A stretch of DNA of 63,898 nucleotides, the filler included, from Choristocarpus tenellus KU-1152 (Eukaryota > Protista > Phaeophyceae): the NCBI GenBank assembly GCA_964200185.2. It is 11 parts of 11 records of this genome, joined end to end, with 100 filler letters (N's around TTAATTAATTAA, not from the genome) between each part and the next. Parts side by side here need not be neighbours in the genome. Positions count along the whole stretch, not along the records: positions 12,139 to 15,349 come from CAXNAD020021509.1; positions 15,450 to 22,531 come from CAXNAD020006736.1; positions 22,632 to 26,550 come from CAXNAD020017144.1; 8 more parts are not named here. One strand, written 5' to 3'. A model generated the notes under the pieces. It saw only the letters and a list, made by a program, of their open reading frames with translations, made no database searches and was not told where the DNA came from. Below, piece after piece: positions 12,237 to 24,863 of this stretch. How positions within the stretch are numbered: the stretch's first letter is position 1; every line of letters begins with the position of its first letter. A program made the position numbers and the translations under genes.

Positions 12237-14752
12237 CTCCGGCGTTGGACGGCCTCAACAAGGGATAGCTCGATCCCAGCTATATCATACCGGTGGTTGC
12301 ATTGTACACAGCGCCATCGCTCTTCCTGTTTTCACATAGTCAGGCGTTGCACACATAGGATACAAGTCAGGGGTATACTGGTCAATTGGCTAGGGTTTGC
12401 ATGGGGACTCAGGAGAGTTTGAGCTGGAGGTCTGGTTCGGAATTTCAAACGGCGTAGTGTACTACTGGAAGCAGTGCTGCAGTGTAGGGATATGGTAGGG
12501 TTAGGGAGAGAGGTAAAAAAAAAACCGTCAAGGAAGAGTTAAAAGCATTGGAGACAAAAAGCAGGATTTTGCGTCCATTACAATCAAAAACGGTTGGGGG
12601 CGTGATTGTTCAGTTTTGAGTGTACAGCATAAACACTCACAAAGTGTTCTGGGTAAATGAGGAATAATAAGGTTGCGTATCTAGGGTTAGGGGGACAACT
12701 GTCGTAGTTATCCAACATCACGATGATTAGTCAGTTCTCTGACAGCATCAACAACAAAAGTAAACACAAAGACACACACAACACATACAGGATAAATACA
12801 ACACATTTTCACATCGGCATTTCCTAAGCGATTCACACTTCTGCAATTTGTGCAACTTCATCCTGCACACATTCCAGACTTCAACCGGCTATAATCAAAT
12901 GGTCACACAATTGTACCATCCACAACAGTTCCTCAACAGGTGGTATAGCAGTATCATCATGTAGCAGACACAGAACAAGAGGTACACACATGTGTACGGG
13001 GCATACCAGGAAAGTCCACTTGCGATCCCACCAGTATGCGTACACAGAACAAGGGTGTGTTTGAAAGAGCATGTATTCCAGTACTCTTGTGTGAGTACTT
13101 TTGTGTAAGAACATTTGTGTAAGCACATTCGTGTAGGCAGATTTTCATAAGCACATTTGTGTAAGTACATTAGTATAAGAACATTTGTGTAAGCACATTT
13201 TCATAAGCCCATTCATGTAAGTACACTTGTATAAGAACATTTGTGTAAGTAGATTTGTATAAGCACATTTATGCAAGTACATTTTTATGTAAGTGCACTG
13301 TTTTTGTACCACTATCAAAGTGCCCATGAGCCCTCGATTACCTCATCCTCAGCCATGAGACCAGGGTCCCGGCACAGGTCCAGGTCCCGGTACAGATTAC
13401 AAAAGGAACAGATCACATCTGGGAGCACAAAGCTCAGGCAAGGGTCTGAGAACACTCCCTCTGCTGAGAACTGACGCACTCCTAGCTCTGCCAAAGCCTG
13501 CTTTCGGAGAGTTTCCACCTGGGGATGCCCAAACACAAACACAACAACTTAAGTAAGGGCAGTGGGTGGCGAAATCACCTGCAGTGAACTAGGGATTGGA
13601 AAGAACTAGTCCAGGAGATGCGGGGTTGGGTACTAGTCCAGGGTTCAAGGGAGAGATGGGTACACAAAAGGAGAGGTGGGTACAGGCGTAAGAAAACCAA
13701 ACCAAACAATTTCAAAAGTGTGCACAAATATATATGCTGGTATAAACCAAACAATTAGATTGGTGAGGGAGGCCCGCATCAAAAAAACATATAATCTAGG
13801 GCTGGTGTAAAGTTAAAAAAAAAAATGAATGGGGGTTGAGGATCACCATCAAGGCAAGCAAGCACCACAGCGGTGCTTTTGGAAAAATACCACAATGAAC
13901 TTAGGGTTAGCGTTAGATTCCTCACAACTCAATTCTTAGAGTAGTCGTAGACTGTATACTCAGGGTTAGGGTGAGAGTCCGGACAAAGCAATTTTGATTG
14001 GGCTAGACCTGGCAGACATGACTTAATCATACAAATATGTGCATGGGAGCACACAAGCACACAAGCACACAACAAGAACTGAGTCCCAATGGGGAGAGGA
14101 ACTGGTCCCTCTATGTATCAGTCCAATTCCTTCCAAGTACCAGTCCAATTCCTTCCAAGTACCGGTCCACATCCTTCCAAGTATCAGTCCAATCCCTTCC
14201 AAGTACCGGTCCACATCCTTCCAAGTATCAGTCCAATCCCTTCCAAGTACCAGTCCAATTCCTTCCAAGTGTCGGTCCACGTCCTTCCAAGTACCAGTCC
14301 AATTCCTTCCAAGTGTCGGTCCACGTCCTTTCAAGTACCGGTCCAAGTCTGGGTGGTACTATTTCCCCAAAGTCTGAAGGTATTCTTACCCTGCTGTGAT
14401 CCAATATACTTTGTTCTACGCGGCGGAAAATTTAGGCATACCTACAAATACACATACACATACTAAATGTACACTCACCTACTTGGATAGTAAAAAAAAA
14501 AATATGATTAAAAAAAACTGAAAATTGGACAGATACAACAGCACATTCTTGAAGTATACTCTGGCATAAGAGGGACCCAAGACATATCCTGACCTCGTCG
14601 GTGACGGTGGGGTCTAGTGCAAGCACATGACACAGACTCTTGATGAACTCCAGGGCAGGGTTGGTCAGCTCCCGGGCTGCCCCTGCCAACTTGGGGAAGG
14701 CATCTGGGCCACTGCCACTGTACCTGTTGATCTCAGGCACAGCCTCCAGCAC
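12237..14752 (-). CDS. POLE: DNA polymerase epsilon catalytic subunit (Pol2), C-terminal region including the CysA zinc finger. Exons 14752-14594, 13518-13342, 12325-12237; partial
   Basis: Phase-compatible GT-AG exons encode LTNPALEFIKSLCHVLALD, FSDPCLSFVLPDVICSFCNLYRDLDLCRDP and WRCVQCNHRYDIAGIELSLVEAVQRR, matching the conserved Pol2/POLE C-terminus. Confidence 0.93.
13085..13300. repeat. Intronic degenerate minisatellite (~14-nt unit, TGTAAGCACATTTG-like)
   Basis: Repeated taag(c/a/t)acatttg units inside a POLE intron. Confidence 0.85.
14118..14348. repeat. Intronic ~21-nt minisatellite (CCTTCCAAGTAYCRGTCCA..)
   Basis: About 11 tandem copies inside a POLE intron; they generate spurious ORFs in several frames. 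Confidence 0.92.
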
Positions 14753-15314
14753 CTGAAAGGAAAAGCCCCCCCCCCCAAAAAAAAAAGAAAAAAATGTTGT
14801 TAATACTACTAATATTTTCATTATTATTGATGATAATATACTATCAATATCAATAGTATTAGTATATCAATTTCAAGACAAGAAAAAAGGAGAAAACAAT
14901 TATCAATATTATTGTTATTATAGTACAACAATACTATTAGTATATCAATTTCAAGACAAAAAGAAGAAAACACACAATAATAATAATAATAATAAAAATA
15001 ACAATTACAACAGATATTGGTAGACATGAAATGGTGGGTATTTGCAACTATCACCATACCATCCCCCTTCCACTATATACCTCTATAGTTACATGAAGAG
15101 ATTGCACAGGTCACCCATCATGATGTCAATTGAGGGTACGGCAATGAGACCAAACAAGGTACATCAACTATGTATATTGGGGGGTGACTGTAGTCACACC
15201 TATTTGACACTTCTATCAACAATTTGTACAAAAAAGACGAAAAGAGCGATCTATCTCCCCCCCCCCCCCCCCCCCCCCCCAAAAAACACTCACCCCCCCA
15301 CAAAACCCCCCAAA

Positions 15315-15348
<34 letters not shown>

Positions 15349-15449
15349 ANNNNNNNNNNNNNNNNNNNNNNNNNNNNNNNNNNNNNNNNNNNNTTAATTA
15401 ATTAANNNNNNNNNNNNNNNNNNNNNNNNNNNNNNNNNNNNNNNNNNNN

Positions 15450-15463
15450 GGTGGTCGAGGGAT

Positions 15464-15501
<38 letters not shown>

Positions 15502-15652
15502 GGTTTGGGAGGGGGCGTCCGTTTCGGTCAAACAACTCTTTTTTTGCTGACATTTCAAATCCGACACGTAAGGCCAAGTCTCACCAAAAAAGTGAAAATC
15601 GAAAAAAGGGTGAAAAACGGACGCCAACACCCCTGCCCCAGATACTTTGACC
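15450..15652. mobile_element. MITE, variant of the AAAGTATCT family (GGGCGTCCGTTT...AAACGGACGCC subterminal pair); left end lost at the gap. Related right end at ~28260-28315
   Basis: Right terminus CCCCAGATACTTTGACC matches the TIR of the other copies; poly-G at the contig start. Confidence 0.7.
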
Positions 15653-15989
15653 ACCCAATCCATCCTGACTCGACCGGAAAATAGATTCATGAGCATGACT
15701 GCAACCATGAAAATGACATACATACTCCATTTATATAAATATCTTCCACTTTGTATCTATAAAGTAGAGCCTGTCACATAGTATCGCATACCTCTGCTCA
15801 ACAGGGTACAAGGTACAGTCATCCATGTCACCCTGATGGTGGAAAAATAGGTGAAGGGCAGTGTATTATCGTCTGATTACCTATCCACCATGCTCGGGGA
15901 GGCTTGACGGAATAAACACCAGGCAGGATTGAAAGACTTCCGCTGACCTATTGGATTGATGACATTGCCTCCCAAAAAGTTGTACAACC

Positions 15990-16380
15990 ATGAGATGATA
16001 GAGGGTATCCACTTTTGTGAGGATGGAGGGCAGTGTTGCTGTAATATCTAGTAGTGTCTTGAACAGAAAGAGCAGGGGTAACAGAGGAACTAGAATGAAG
16101 GTTCGCATTAGCCATGGGAACACTTCCATTGCTTGCACTGTAGGCTCCAGACATCTAAGAAGTTTCCCACACAAAGTGGAGGTCAAAGCAACAATTGCAT
16201 GCACACAACTCTCTGGAGCCCACAATGCAAACAAGTTGTGGAAATAAAATAACCCAATCGCTATTGTGGACCTTCATTCCAGTACCTTTCTTCTCTCAGC
16301 TCTTTCTGTTCAACACAATACTGGAGATTACAGCAATGCCACCTTCCATCCTCACAATGGATAACCCTCTATCACCTCAT
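15990..16380. repeat. Diverged inverted repeat/foldback (~130-bp arms 15990-16118 and 16253-16380)
   Basis: The reverse complement of the right arm aligns to the left arm (GATAGAGGGT.TCCA..TTGTGAGGATGGA...TTGAACAGAAAGAGC...GAATGAAGGT). The + and - ORF translations mirror each other. Confidence 0.85.
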
Positions 16381-16665
16381 TGTGACTATCACCTCGTGGT
16401 GCATTTCAAAATGTGGTGGAAGACATTGAACAGTACCAGCACCCTTCAAAGGTCATCTGTTCTATGAGTGCACACACTGCCAGAATAAACTTCACACCAA
16501 CAACATTAAGCCAAACATTCTACCCCCTTACGCATATTTTCTCCCTTTCATCAATACTGTGATACACATGTGCTGCAGATTCCATAGCAATAACAATAAA
16601 GTGGACCCAGCACCACACAGTGCAAACACCAGACCCATACAAGATTCGCATGGCAAACTTCTGAC

Positions 16666-18301
16666 CGGGCCTTGTCTTCTACACGTTGCCTCTCCTCCTC
16701 CTCCAATGCCAACTTCCTCTCTTGCCGGGAGCGGTTTGCCTCCTCGGCAAGCCGTAGCTGCTTCTGCTCTAAGATGGCTGCTACAGTAGCCTGTTTGGAG
16801 CATGAGAAGAGTCACTTGACTTTGTGAGAGTCCACTCCATCATGGTTTTCAGTTGTCAAGATGTCAAGCCACAAAAAAATCAGAATGAGTCAACCCCATG
16901 GACGTCGAGTTTTCATTGCGTCATGTGCTTGAAAACAAACTCTGCCGTAGGTCAGAGGTGAACTCCCCACAACAGACACAGGCGCTGGGTGAGGAGTGAA
17001 ACCTTGCATCTACCACTGTGGTGAAGTTGTGGGAGACAGGCACATACGTGCACACCACAGTACAATGCAGAGAAATATTCGGCAAGACGTATCAAAGGGC
17101 AGAGAAATCACTTACCTCTTTCCGCTTCTCCTCCTGCTCTCTTATTAGGACACCCCTTAATCGCACTTCCTCATCCAGTACCCGCTCTCGTTCTGCCTGT
17201 ACACCACCAAGAAGTGTTGATTCGATGGGTAGCGAGTGATGTCAACAGTCCTGTTGTATGCAGAGAGATATTGGCTCGTGGTCGTGCCTACTCATCATTT
17301 CCAGGTAAGGAAAGAAGAGGTCGAGGCATTATCCATTTGGTTCTTTCGGAGACCTCAGGAATGTTGCAAGTTGCAATGAACTCTTTCATCGAACGAGTGA
17401 TGGAACGCCAACCGATCAAATCGTCAATCGTCAACTCTACTCGCGGTGCATTTTTGTCTTCTTCGTAGTAAGGAACGAGGAAAGCTGTAAGAGACCAGAT
17501 ATCTACATAGAACATCGAGGGAGTGGTCCTGTTCAATTAACATGACTACATAGCGACGGCGGGAAGAGTAGACTTGGCATTACTTCATTTTGAAACATGA
17601 TGCTAAAGTATTCAAGGCACTCGCCTGCCGACCTTCCTCCAAGATGACTGCCTCGTGGGCATTGTAGTGAGCCACTTCGGCAGCAAGCCGTGCTTCGACA
17701 GGTACGAGCCGTTGCCCGATGGCTTGGTACTTCGCCATTAGGTCGATCACCTTCTCCGAACAAGTAAGTATCCATATATGGCAAGGGCATCACAGTCTGA
17801 TGCGGCAATGAGGATACTTCCTCCACAAATACATCAACCTTGTCAACGGTGTCATTGGTTTCACACTCATTCACAGCGGTGAGAAACTAGCCTGACGCAT
17901 AATGCCTCGATCACACCTTCATTCGCATATTCTCCCCATACCGAGCCACGCCAGATACGGGGTCTTTCTCCCCCAAGCGCTTCTCGAACCTGGTCACCTT
18001 TGCCGCTAATTCACCCTCCATCCGCTCCTGCACACGCAGCGGACATCAATAGTAGCGGTAAGCGAAGTGTTCTAGTCGTAGTTTTGAGGTGTCAGATGTT
18101 TAGTGCTTGTTTTAGCGTTGTGTGCAAGGTACAGTTGTTGTTGACAGATTGAATGTTTTTCAGTTGTAGTTTGATGTCAACCTTGGCCGTTTGGAGTTCA
18201 AGCAGCTTCATTGGCGGGGGGATCATGGCATCGTGCTCTATCGACTCCACAAGCTCCGCGATCTTTTCTAGCTCCTCTGATGTTCGCTTGAACTCCGTCA
18301 T
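16666..18301 (-). CDS. Coiled-coil protein, possibly the N-terminus of a PUB-domain family protein. Exons 18301-18182, 18027-17917, 17750-17625, 17196-17116, 16790-16666; 3' part unresolved
   Basis: Five in-frame exons: MTEFKRTSEELEKIAELVE..., ERMEGELAAKVTRFEKRLGEKDPVSGVARYGENMRMK, VIDLMAKYQ..., AERERVLDEEVR..., ...LAEEANRSRQERKLALEEEERQR. One GC-AG intron. The PUB assignment rests on recall of the DPV..xRYG..M..KV motif and is unverified. Confidence 0.75.
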
Positions 18302-19216
18302 ACTATTCACACTCACCAATAATGGGGAGATGGGTGATGTTACTATGTGTGAGCGCCCAGTAGCGCCATAGTTCCAATTTTTCCAGTTATGTTTCGAATA
18401 CTACATCTAAATCTGCAAGGTACAGCAATGCAACTCCACTCAGTGTCGCGTTCGCTCTCGCACGACCTAATGCCACCCTACAGGTAGTTCACGGGATTAA
18501 AATAAGAGCAGAAGAAGCAACTCCACGTGCACTTCGGTGCTGTTGCACCAGTCTCTACTAACCGTGTGTGTTACTGCTTGATCACCATCCTCGTTTTCAA
18601 CGTAGTGTGTCCTTAAAGAGTTGACGTGGACTCGTACTTACCCAGCATAGCATGGAGGGAATTGCAATGTCCTGGGCTCTTGGGAGCCCTGCCTTTTTTT
18701 GCAGTTGGAGCAAACAGTGTAGGAAATTACCCCGTACCCGAAGTTGCTTCTGTCTCAACACATTGTACCCGGAGATAATTCTTCCTAGCCAACACGAGTA
18801 CCGCGCGAAAAGCTGGTAAATGATAGGGCATCCATGACTGACTGCAGTAGCTGGTACTAGTGCTGGAGGAGACTTGTTCAGGACATAGAAAGACCTTTGT
18901 TGAGAAAGGGTCGTTGGTTAATGGGGTACCATCAGACCAGCAACACCCCACGAATACCTTGGTGGCACAGCTCTTTCTTTCGCAAGTACACAAGGCAGCA
19001 GGGTAGGAGTCGTGATTTAGCATTGATCTGGAGGACCGATGTATTTCGTTAACGACGAAAATTTGCCTACTTCTAAGAAATGTCTACGTCGCCCTCCTGA
19101 AGTACATCTAGTAAATGGGTGATCATCCGACCTTCGTTGAAAGATTTGCATCAGTTTACAAAGCTATCTGATCCACACGTTGTCCCATCTTCACACCCGG
19201 AATATTTTTCGTCAAG

Positions 19217-21932
19217 GCGCCCGGTGTACTTCGACCATGATGGTGGCCTGGACGACTTCGTAGCCTTAATGCTCCTCCTGAGGCACCAAGACAGGTAAGA
19301 GGCTTGTCAACCTCATTCCCCACACCAGTATTCCAGAGCCCACCCGCGATCAGTCTCCTCTCACAAAAGGGCCCTTTTCATGATACTAATTTAGTCATTG
19401 AAGCTCAGGCTCTGTACGGCACAGGAGATAGATGTAGGAGTGAAATTAACACTACATGTCCGTATATTTGGTATTGCGATGTACCTTACCTGTGAAAGAT
19501 GACTTTTTGCAAATTCGCGACATTAGCTGGGAATGACTCAAAGGATGACCCTAAAGTAACATAAGGACGGGACATATTACATTAGCTTAGTTAATAGTGC
19601 TTGTGCTTATGATGCACACACATTCCCGACCAGAAAAACATGTGACATCTCTCACCCGGACCGTACATGCGCCAGCACTTAGAAAGCATTCGAGCCCTCC
19701 AGAATTCCTGTTTGAATGTGCAAAACAGGGGCTGCACTGCACTCGATACTATTGACTGTACTACATCATATTATGTGTAGGAATTTTGAGTGGTTCTATC
19801 TATATTACACTGACCATACCCCATGTCCTCCTACAGCTTTCCATTTGTGCATGTCTTAACTCTACCCACTCACCACCTATCTCAAAATCATGCACCCTCG
19901 CTGTGTGCGTGGGCATGAGTTGCAGTTTAGAGCTACAAGGTATTTCTGTCTTGCCAGCCGATAGCTGGTGGGGAGGGGGAGTCAGTGCTACGCGGAAAAT
20001 CCTCCAAAGGTTTTCTAACACTCAAGTGCCCGTGGCCGAGGTCACTTTGAAAGGCATAAACCCATTCCCAGATCGTGAGTTGCACTGTGCTATGGTCATC
20101 GAAATTGCCGTTCAATGCTAAGGGGGGCTACATTAATGCCAACGTGTATTAACATCTGTCAGCCCAGTTTGTTTCCGTAACATACACGAAACTCTTCCTT
20201 TTGCTGAACCCCCTTTGTACCCTGCTTACCCCAAGACTATTTGTTGCCCAAGATAATTCCACCCACGCTTTGCTGTTTACTCAGTGTGCCTTGCTGCTGC
20301 CGTGTCTATTGCTTGCTGTGACTGGAACCTTTGAAAGAATGGCGCAAGGAGGTATTCAAGATCGACTTTATGCCAGCACTCAACCAAACACCACTTGAGG
20401 ACGAAGTTTCCCCGCAGGCACCAGTCACAGGTACTCTCTACTTCCCCCATGGGCTCAAGTCACATGCCAGACCAGGATGATCCTGGATAGCTTAGGTGTA
20501 TTCAAGCTGACTCGATCCCATCTTGCACTCTCCTCGCTCAACAACCAACCACACTCCAGTACATCACATGCACGAATCCTGCTGCTTATGTTGTCGTCCT
20601 TGGAATCTCTTCCCTGATGCCTTTTTTTCACGCACTACTTCCTCTGCCCCCATTACTGATTGATTGACACTCCCCGTTTTTCATGTCACAGGCCAAGCGC
20701 TGCTGGCGGCAAGTCTCGTGTCTGCGAAGGAACCGGTAACTATCATTGCTACCGGCCCTTTGACAAACATTGCGTGGGTACTGGACAACCACCCTGAGTT
20801 GGAGTCTCGCATTGCTGAGGTACTGATCACAGGTGAGTAACCCCGGTTAGAGGTGGGTTTGGTGTTGAGGGACCTGTTGGTGTTTGGTTGTGGTTTGACC
20901 AGCGAAGTATAGTAAGACATTGGGACTGACAGAGAGTAAGTTCGGTGAGAACAGAAGCTCTCATTACTATGTTTGTAGTTCTTTCTCACTGTGTACTTTT
21001 GCTAGTACCTGATCTGGTTTGTTTTTTTGGAGACCAAAATCCACTCATCCCTCCAGACTCCGGGCAATCCTTTCTCCCCACCCCCTCCGACTGTCACCTC
21101 CGTTCGAAAATAACTTGACTGTCACGTGACTGTCGCGTGGCGTCTCCGATGGGAGGGAACAGGAGGTGCCCTCAACGTCCCCGGAAACGTATTCCCAAAG
21201 GACGCGGAAGGGTCGGACGGGTCACCAGAGTGGAATTTTTTTTGGGATCCTCCGGCGGCAAAGCGGGTGAGGTCTGAGACGTGAAGAGAGTCTTTGAGGG
21301 AAAGGAGAACAAGCGTACTGTGTGATCACTCAACCAAGACCAACTATGTTCTGGAGGTGATCATTCATGCTAAAGAGCAGGTCTGAGAGAGCAAACCGTC
21401 CCAGGATCTGTATTTGGTAATGAGTCCATCATCGATCGGCTCTGTGGTTCAAGTCGTGTAATGCGGTCCCGCCAGTACTTAAGGATGGTTTGGCCTTGTT
21501 TATCCTCTATGCCCCCTTTGCATGCCTCCCCCCTCTATCCTTCTCACTTGCTGCTGACACTCGACAAAGTTTCGGCGACGAGATTTTCCCGCAATTCTCT
21601 CTTCTCAGATGTGGATGTGTAATGTACATGGGTCATATGGGCGTGTGCTTTTGCTGTGTTGTTTCTGACGATCACCACTTCGATTCATTGTACACCTTAG
21701 TCACACAAGGGTATCTCACGGTACGAATGAGGTCCTGCGCCGTGTGGTTTAATCCTCTCGTGCAGCTGTGTGTCAAGTTGTGTGCTCTTTTTTCTGTGAA
21801 GCAAGCCCGTCGTCGGGATCCCATTTTTATCTCCCCCCTTTCTTCTCAGGTATGGGACTCCAAACTTCGCCTCGTGCTGACACCCCTGGATAGCACCAAT
21901 GAGGTACCGGTTTCGAAGGACATCCTTCTCAG
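19217..21932 (+). CDS. Nucleoside hydrolase (IU-NH family, purine-specific IAG-NH type). Exons 19217-19294, 19926-20074, 20338-20430, 20692-20832, 21163-21266, 21850-21932; partial
   Basis: The spliced product has DHDGGLDDFVAL (DxDxxxDD Ca-binding motif), ADSW, GINPFP.QWR, FMPALN, IIATGPLTNIAW, GGALNVPGNV, EWNFFWDP and PLDSTNEVPV. All junctions are phase-compatible. Confidence 0.93.
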
Positions 21933-22633
21933 GTACTACGTGAAGGTTGGAGGGTAGTCTGTTCTGAAAGATGATGAGTTAGCACGTGGTATGGTGCATG
22001 GCATATGTGACGGGGTGGGCTGCCTAAGGGAGCGTGACCATAACATTGTCATTAAAAAGAAATGGCAAGGTTCTAGTTTTATGGAGAACGGTAGTAATAA
22101 TAATAATAATAACTGGGGAAAAAAAAGGACGAGATTTCTTGACAAGAGTAAAAGGAAGGCTACCTCTTTTTCTGCAAAACACAGAGAGGAAGGCAATATT
22201 GATTATCCAAATACAAGTGAGGTTAAGGTTAGCTGCAAGGGCTCTGGCGGATAAGGGTTGATGCTCTTGTAGAGAGGGTTGGTCAACATTTGCACTGCTT
22301 CAATTGTCAGTGATCACCACCCTAGAGTTGAATAGTATACCTTGCGTCAGGTGGATAGAGGAGAGTGTGGTTTAGCTGTTGTACCTGGTCACCTCCTCCC
22401 CTCAAAAAAGCAAACTACATGCACACACGTAGAACACACACAGGCACACAACGCACACCTCCCTAGCAGATGAGGGCAACCATCCCTTGCTCCCTTTGTT
22501 TCCACCTGCGCCTTGTGAGTGGACTGCCACCNNNNNNNNNNNNNNNNNNNNNNNNNNNNNNNNNNNNNNNNNNNNTTAATTAATTAANNNNNNNNNNNNN
22601 NNNNNNNNNNNNNNNNNNNNNNNNNNNNNNNAG

Positions 22634-24863
22634 AGCTCCCGAAGATTGCGACACAAGCATGGTGGGGTGGGGGGGGGGGGGGGGGGAGGGGGGGGGGGCA
22701 AAAGAGGGAAGTGGGAATGATGAAGCTGTAGTTGAGGTGGTGGATGCCTGTCTGCCCAGTGGGTACAATGAGATGTTCACCTACCCGGGAGATGGTCTGT
22801 CTTATCAAATGGTACCTGGGGATGCGGAGGAGGGTGATGTTTTTGAGGCCTGTAAGACACAGGTGAGGCACCCATGAAAATATATGTATGGAGTAGGAAT
22901 GGCTTGGATAGTAGAGAGGGCAATGGCAAGGTAGTAAGAGGAAGAAGAAGAGGCAAAGAGGTATTGGGTTAGTGCAATATCGGGGTCAAAGTTGACGTGT
23001 TACGAGTATCGGGTTAGTGTTAGGGATGAGGGTATTTTAGTGGAAGGTGCTGGCAAATTAGACAAGATTGAAAATCGGCACACCATATTTGTTCTACTGA
23101 TTAGAGAGTTTTGCACAACCTCCTTTATTATTTGGTGTACAATAGACCTGGAGAAATTGGCATGATACGTCATCTTATGTTGTGTTTCAAAATACTATTT
23201 TTTTTTGTATCTGACTTTGAATCATAAAGTGCTCTATGATATGTCATTTTGGTGTTAGTAATGTGACGTCAGTGTGTCAAATGTCAGAGTGCTTGGCAAG
23301 ATTGATGATTGTGATAGGGCAGAAAGGGTGCTATTTAATTGCCGACAGGTATCTTTTTGATATTTTGGATAAATATGTGTATTTAATCACCAACATTTAT
23401 CTTTTTGATATCTTGAAAAAATGTGTGTAAGACTGTGCATGTATAAGACTGTGCATGGTCATTCGAGAACAATAGGCTCGTGATATTTTTCTTGGCAATT
23501 TATCAAGAAACAAGAACGATTTGACAAAGTTAACTATGTAAGTGCTCTAATGATGAATGTAATATTGTCTATACACAGATATGCACAATATATATGCCTT
23601 CTGCTAGGAAGAAACTCCAAGAGAAGTTCACCTTCCAGATATCTTACCCTTCAAAATACCTATTGATATCTTGAGAAGGTAGCTGAACAAAATCATGATC
23701 TGTTGATGTGGCTCTTGTGAACACAAGCAGGGTGGTTGGTAGAAGGAGATCTTTGACATTAGCACATTAGTACAAAGTGCATGACCTCGTCAACATGTAA
23801 TACAATTTGGTGCATAATTCACCTAACATATCAGCAACTCAGTTCAAATAAATATTACAATATGCCTCTGTGACAAGGCTTAGCTAGTCTTGCATCCACC
23901 TTGTACAACATGTGGAGTTTCATACAGCAAGCTGTGGAGATTTCGAAGTCCAGCAACTTCACTCTCTTCCCATCATGTGTTCCCACATATGCCCCGCGCC
24001 CTTCACCTTGCCTCACTCAACATTTTATGTCTATGCCTTCCTTCCACCTGACCTGGTGCCCATTCCGACAAGCACAGACGTACACATTGCTGGAGTTGCA
24101 ACTGAACAACTGGTGTAACTATTCTCATAGTCACCAGTGCTCTATGGTTGGTGCCTACCAACCAAGCATTCCCACTGGAGAGGATCATGGTCATTTCTAT
24201 GGGTTTGCCGGGTACGAAATCTCTTGAGTGTTTGCTGTCTTCTAGTCAACATTGTCCTCTTCTACAGTGTGTACCTGGTGTGTAATGTATGATGTGTGAT
24301 GTGTGATGCGTTATGTGTGTTTGGAGGGGTTGGGAATGGCGTGGTTTTCTCACATGTGGAGGCTTTTATTTTTTGTGTTGATGGATGGAGGGGTGACCAT
24401 ACCATACCTTACCATACCTTACCATACCATACCATGCCATACCATTGCTAGATCATAGTGCTGTCTTATTCTGACGACATTAGCGAGAGAATTGTTTTTG
24501 TAGCATCGAACACAATTTGAACATTTTCAACCCTGATGGAATCTTACACCGCCCACCTCATCTCAAAATCCTCTTTTTTTTTTAAATAGGTACTTCCACC
24601 TTTGGCGGTTCCTTCAGTTTCCTTCCAGCAAGGTGACACTGTCAGAAGTGGAGGAGGCGGGTCGAGCGGTCTGTGCCATGTCGCTAGCGGAGCTGGAGGA
24701 GTTTAATAGTGGTGCAGTGTCTGCAGAGGTTGCTGAGGCAAATGAAGAGTACCTTCCGTACTATTGCTTTCTTACATCGTATGTAACCTCTCTGCTTGTT
24801 GATGGGTTTGGCTTTTCAAGGTCACATCCGATTGCCTTTGTGGACGAGATATCGGGCTACAAG
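22634..24863 (+). CDS. GDA1/CD39 family apyrase (NTPDase), C-terminal half. Exons <22634-22862, 24078-24211, 24590-24863
   Basis: DACLPSGY, FEACK, WCNYSHSHQCSMVGAYQPSIP, HFYGFAGYF, AGRAVC, YLPYYCFLTSYVTSLLVDGFGF and FVDEISGYK follow the conserved Cys pattern that precedes apyrase region ACR5. Confidence 0.87.

Noticed and set aside
14023-14466. Overlapping 107-125 aa repetitive ORFs, or a CRISPR-like array
   Set aside because: A 21-nt tandem minisatellite with no unique spacers, inside a POLE intron.
17288-17874. ORF-track proteins 17288-17536 and 17533-17874 as independent genes
   Set aside because: They lie in introns or alternative frames of the spliced coiled-coil gene.
19217-24863. Nucleoside hydrolase next to an apyrase, suggesting an ATP-to-purine salvage gene cluster
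   Set aside because: The genes are on different contigs separated by the artificial spacer at 22532-22631, so linkage is unsupported.
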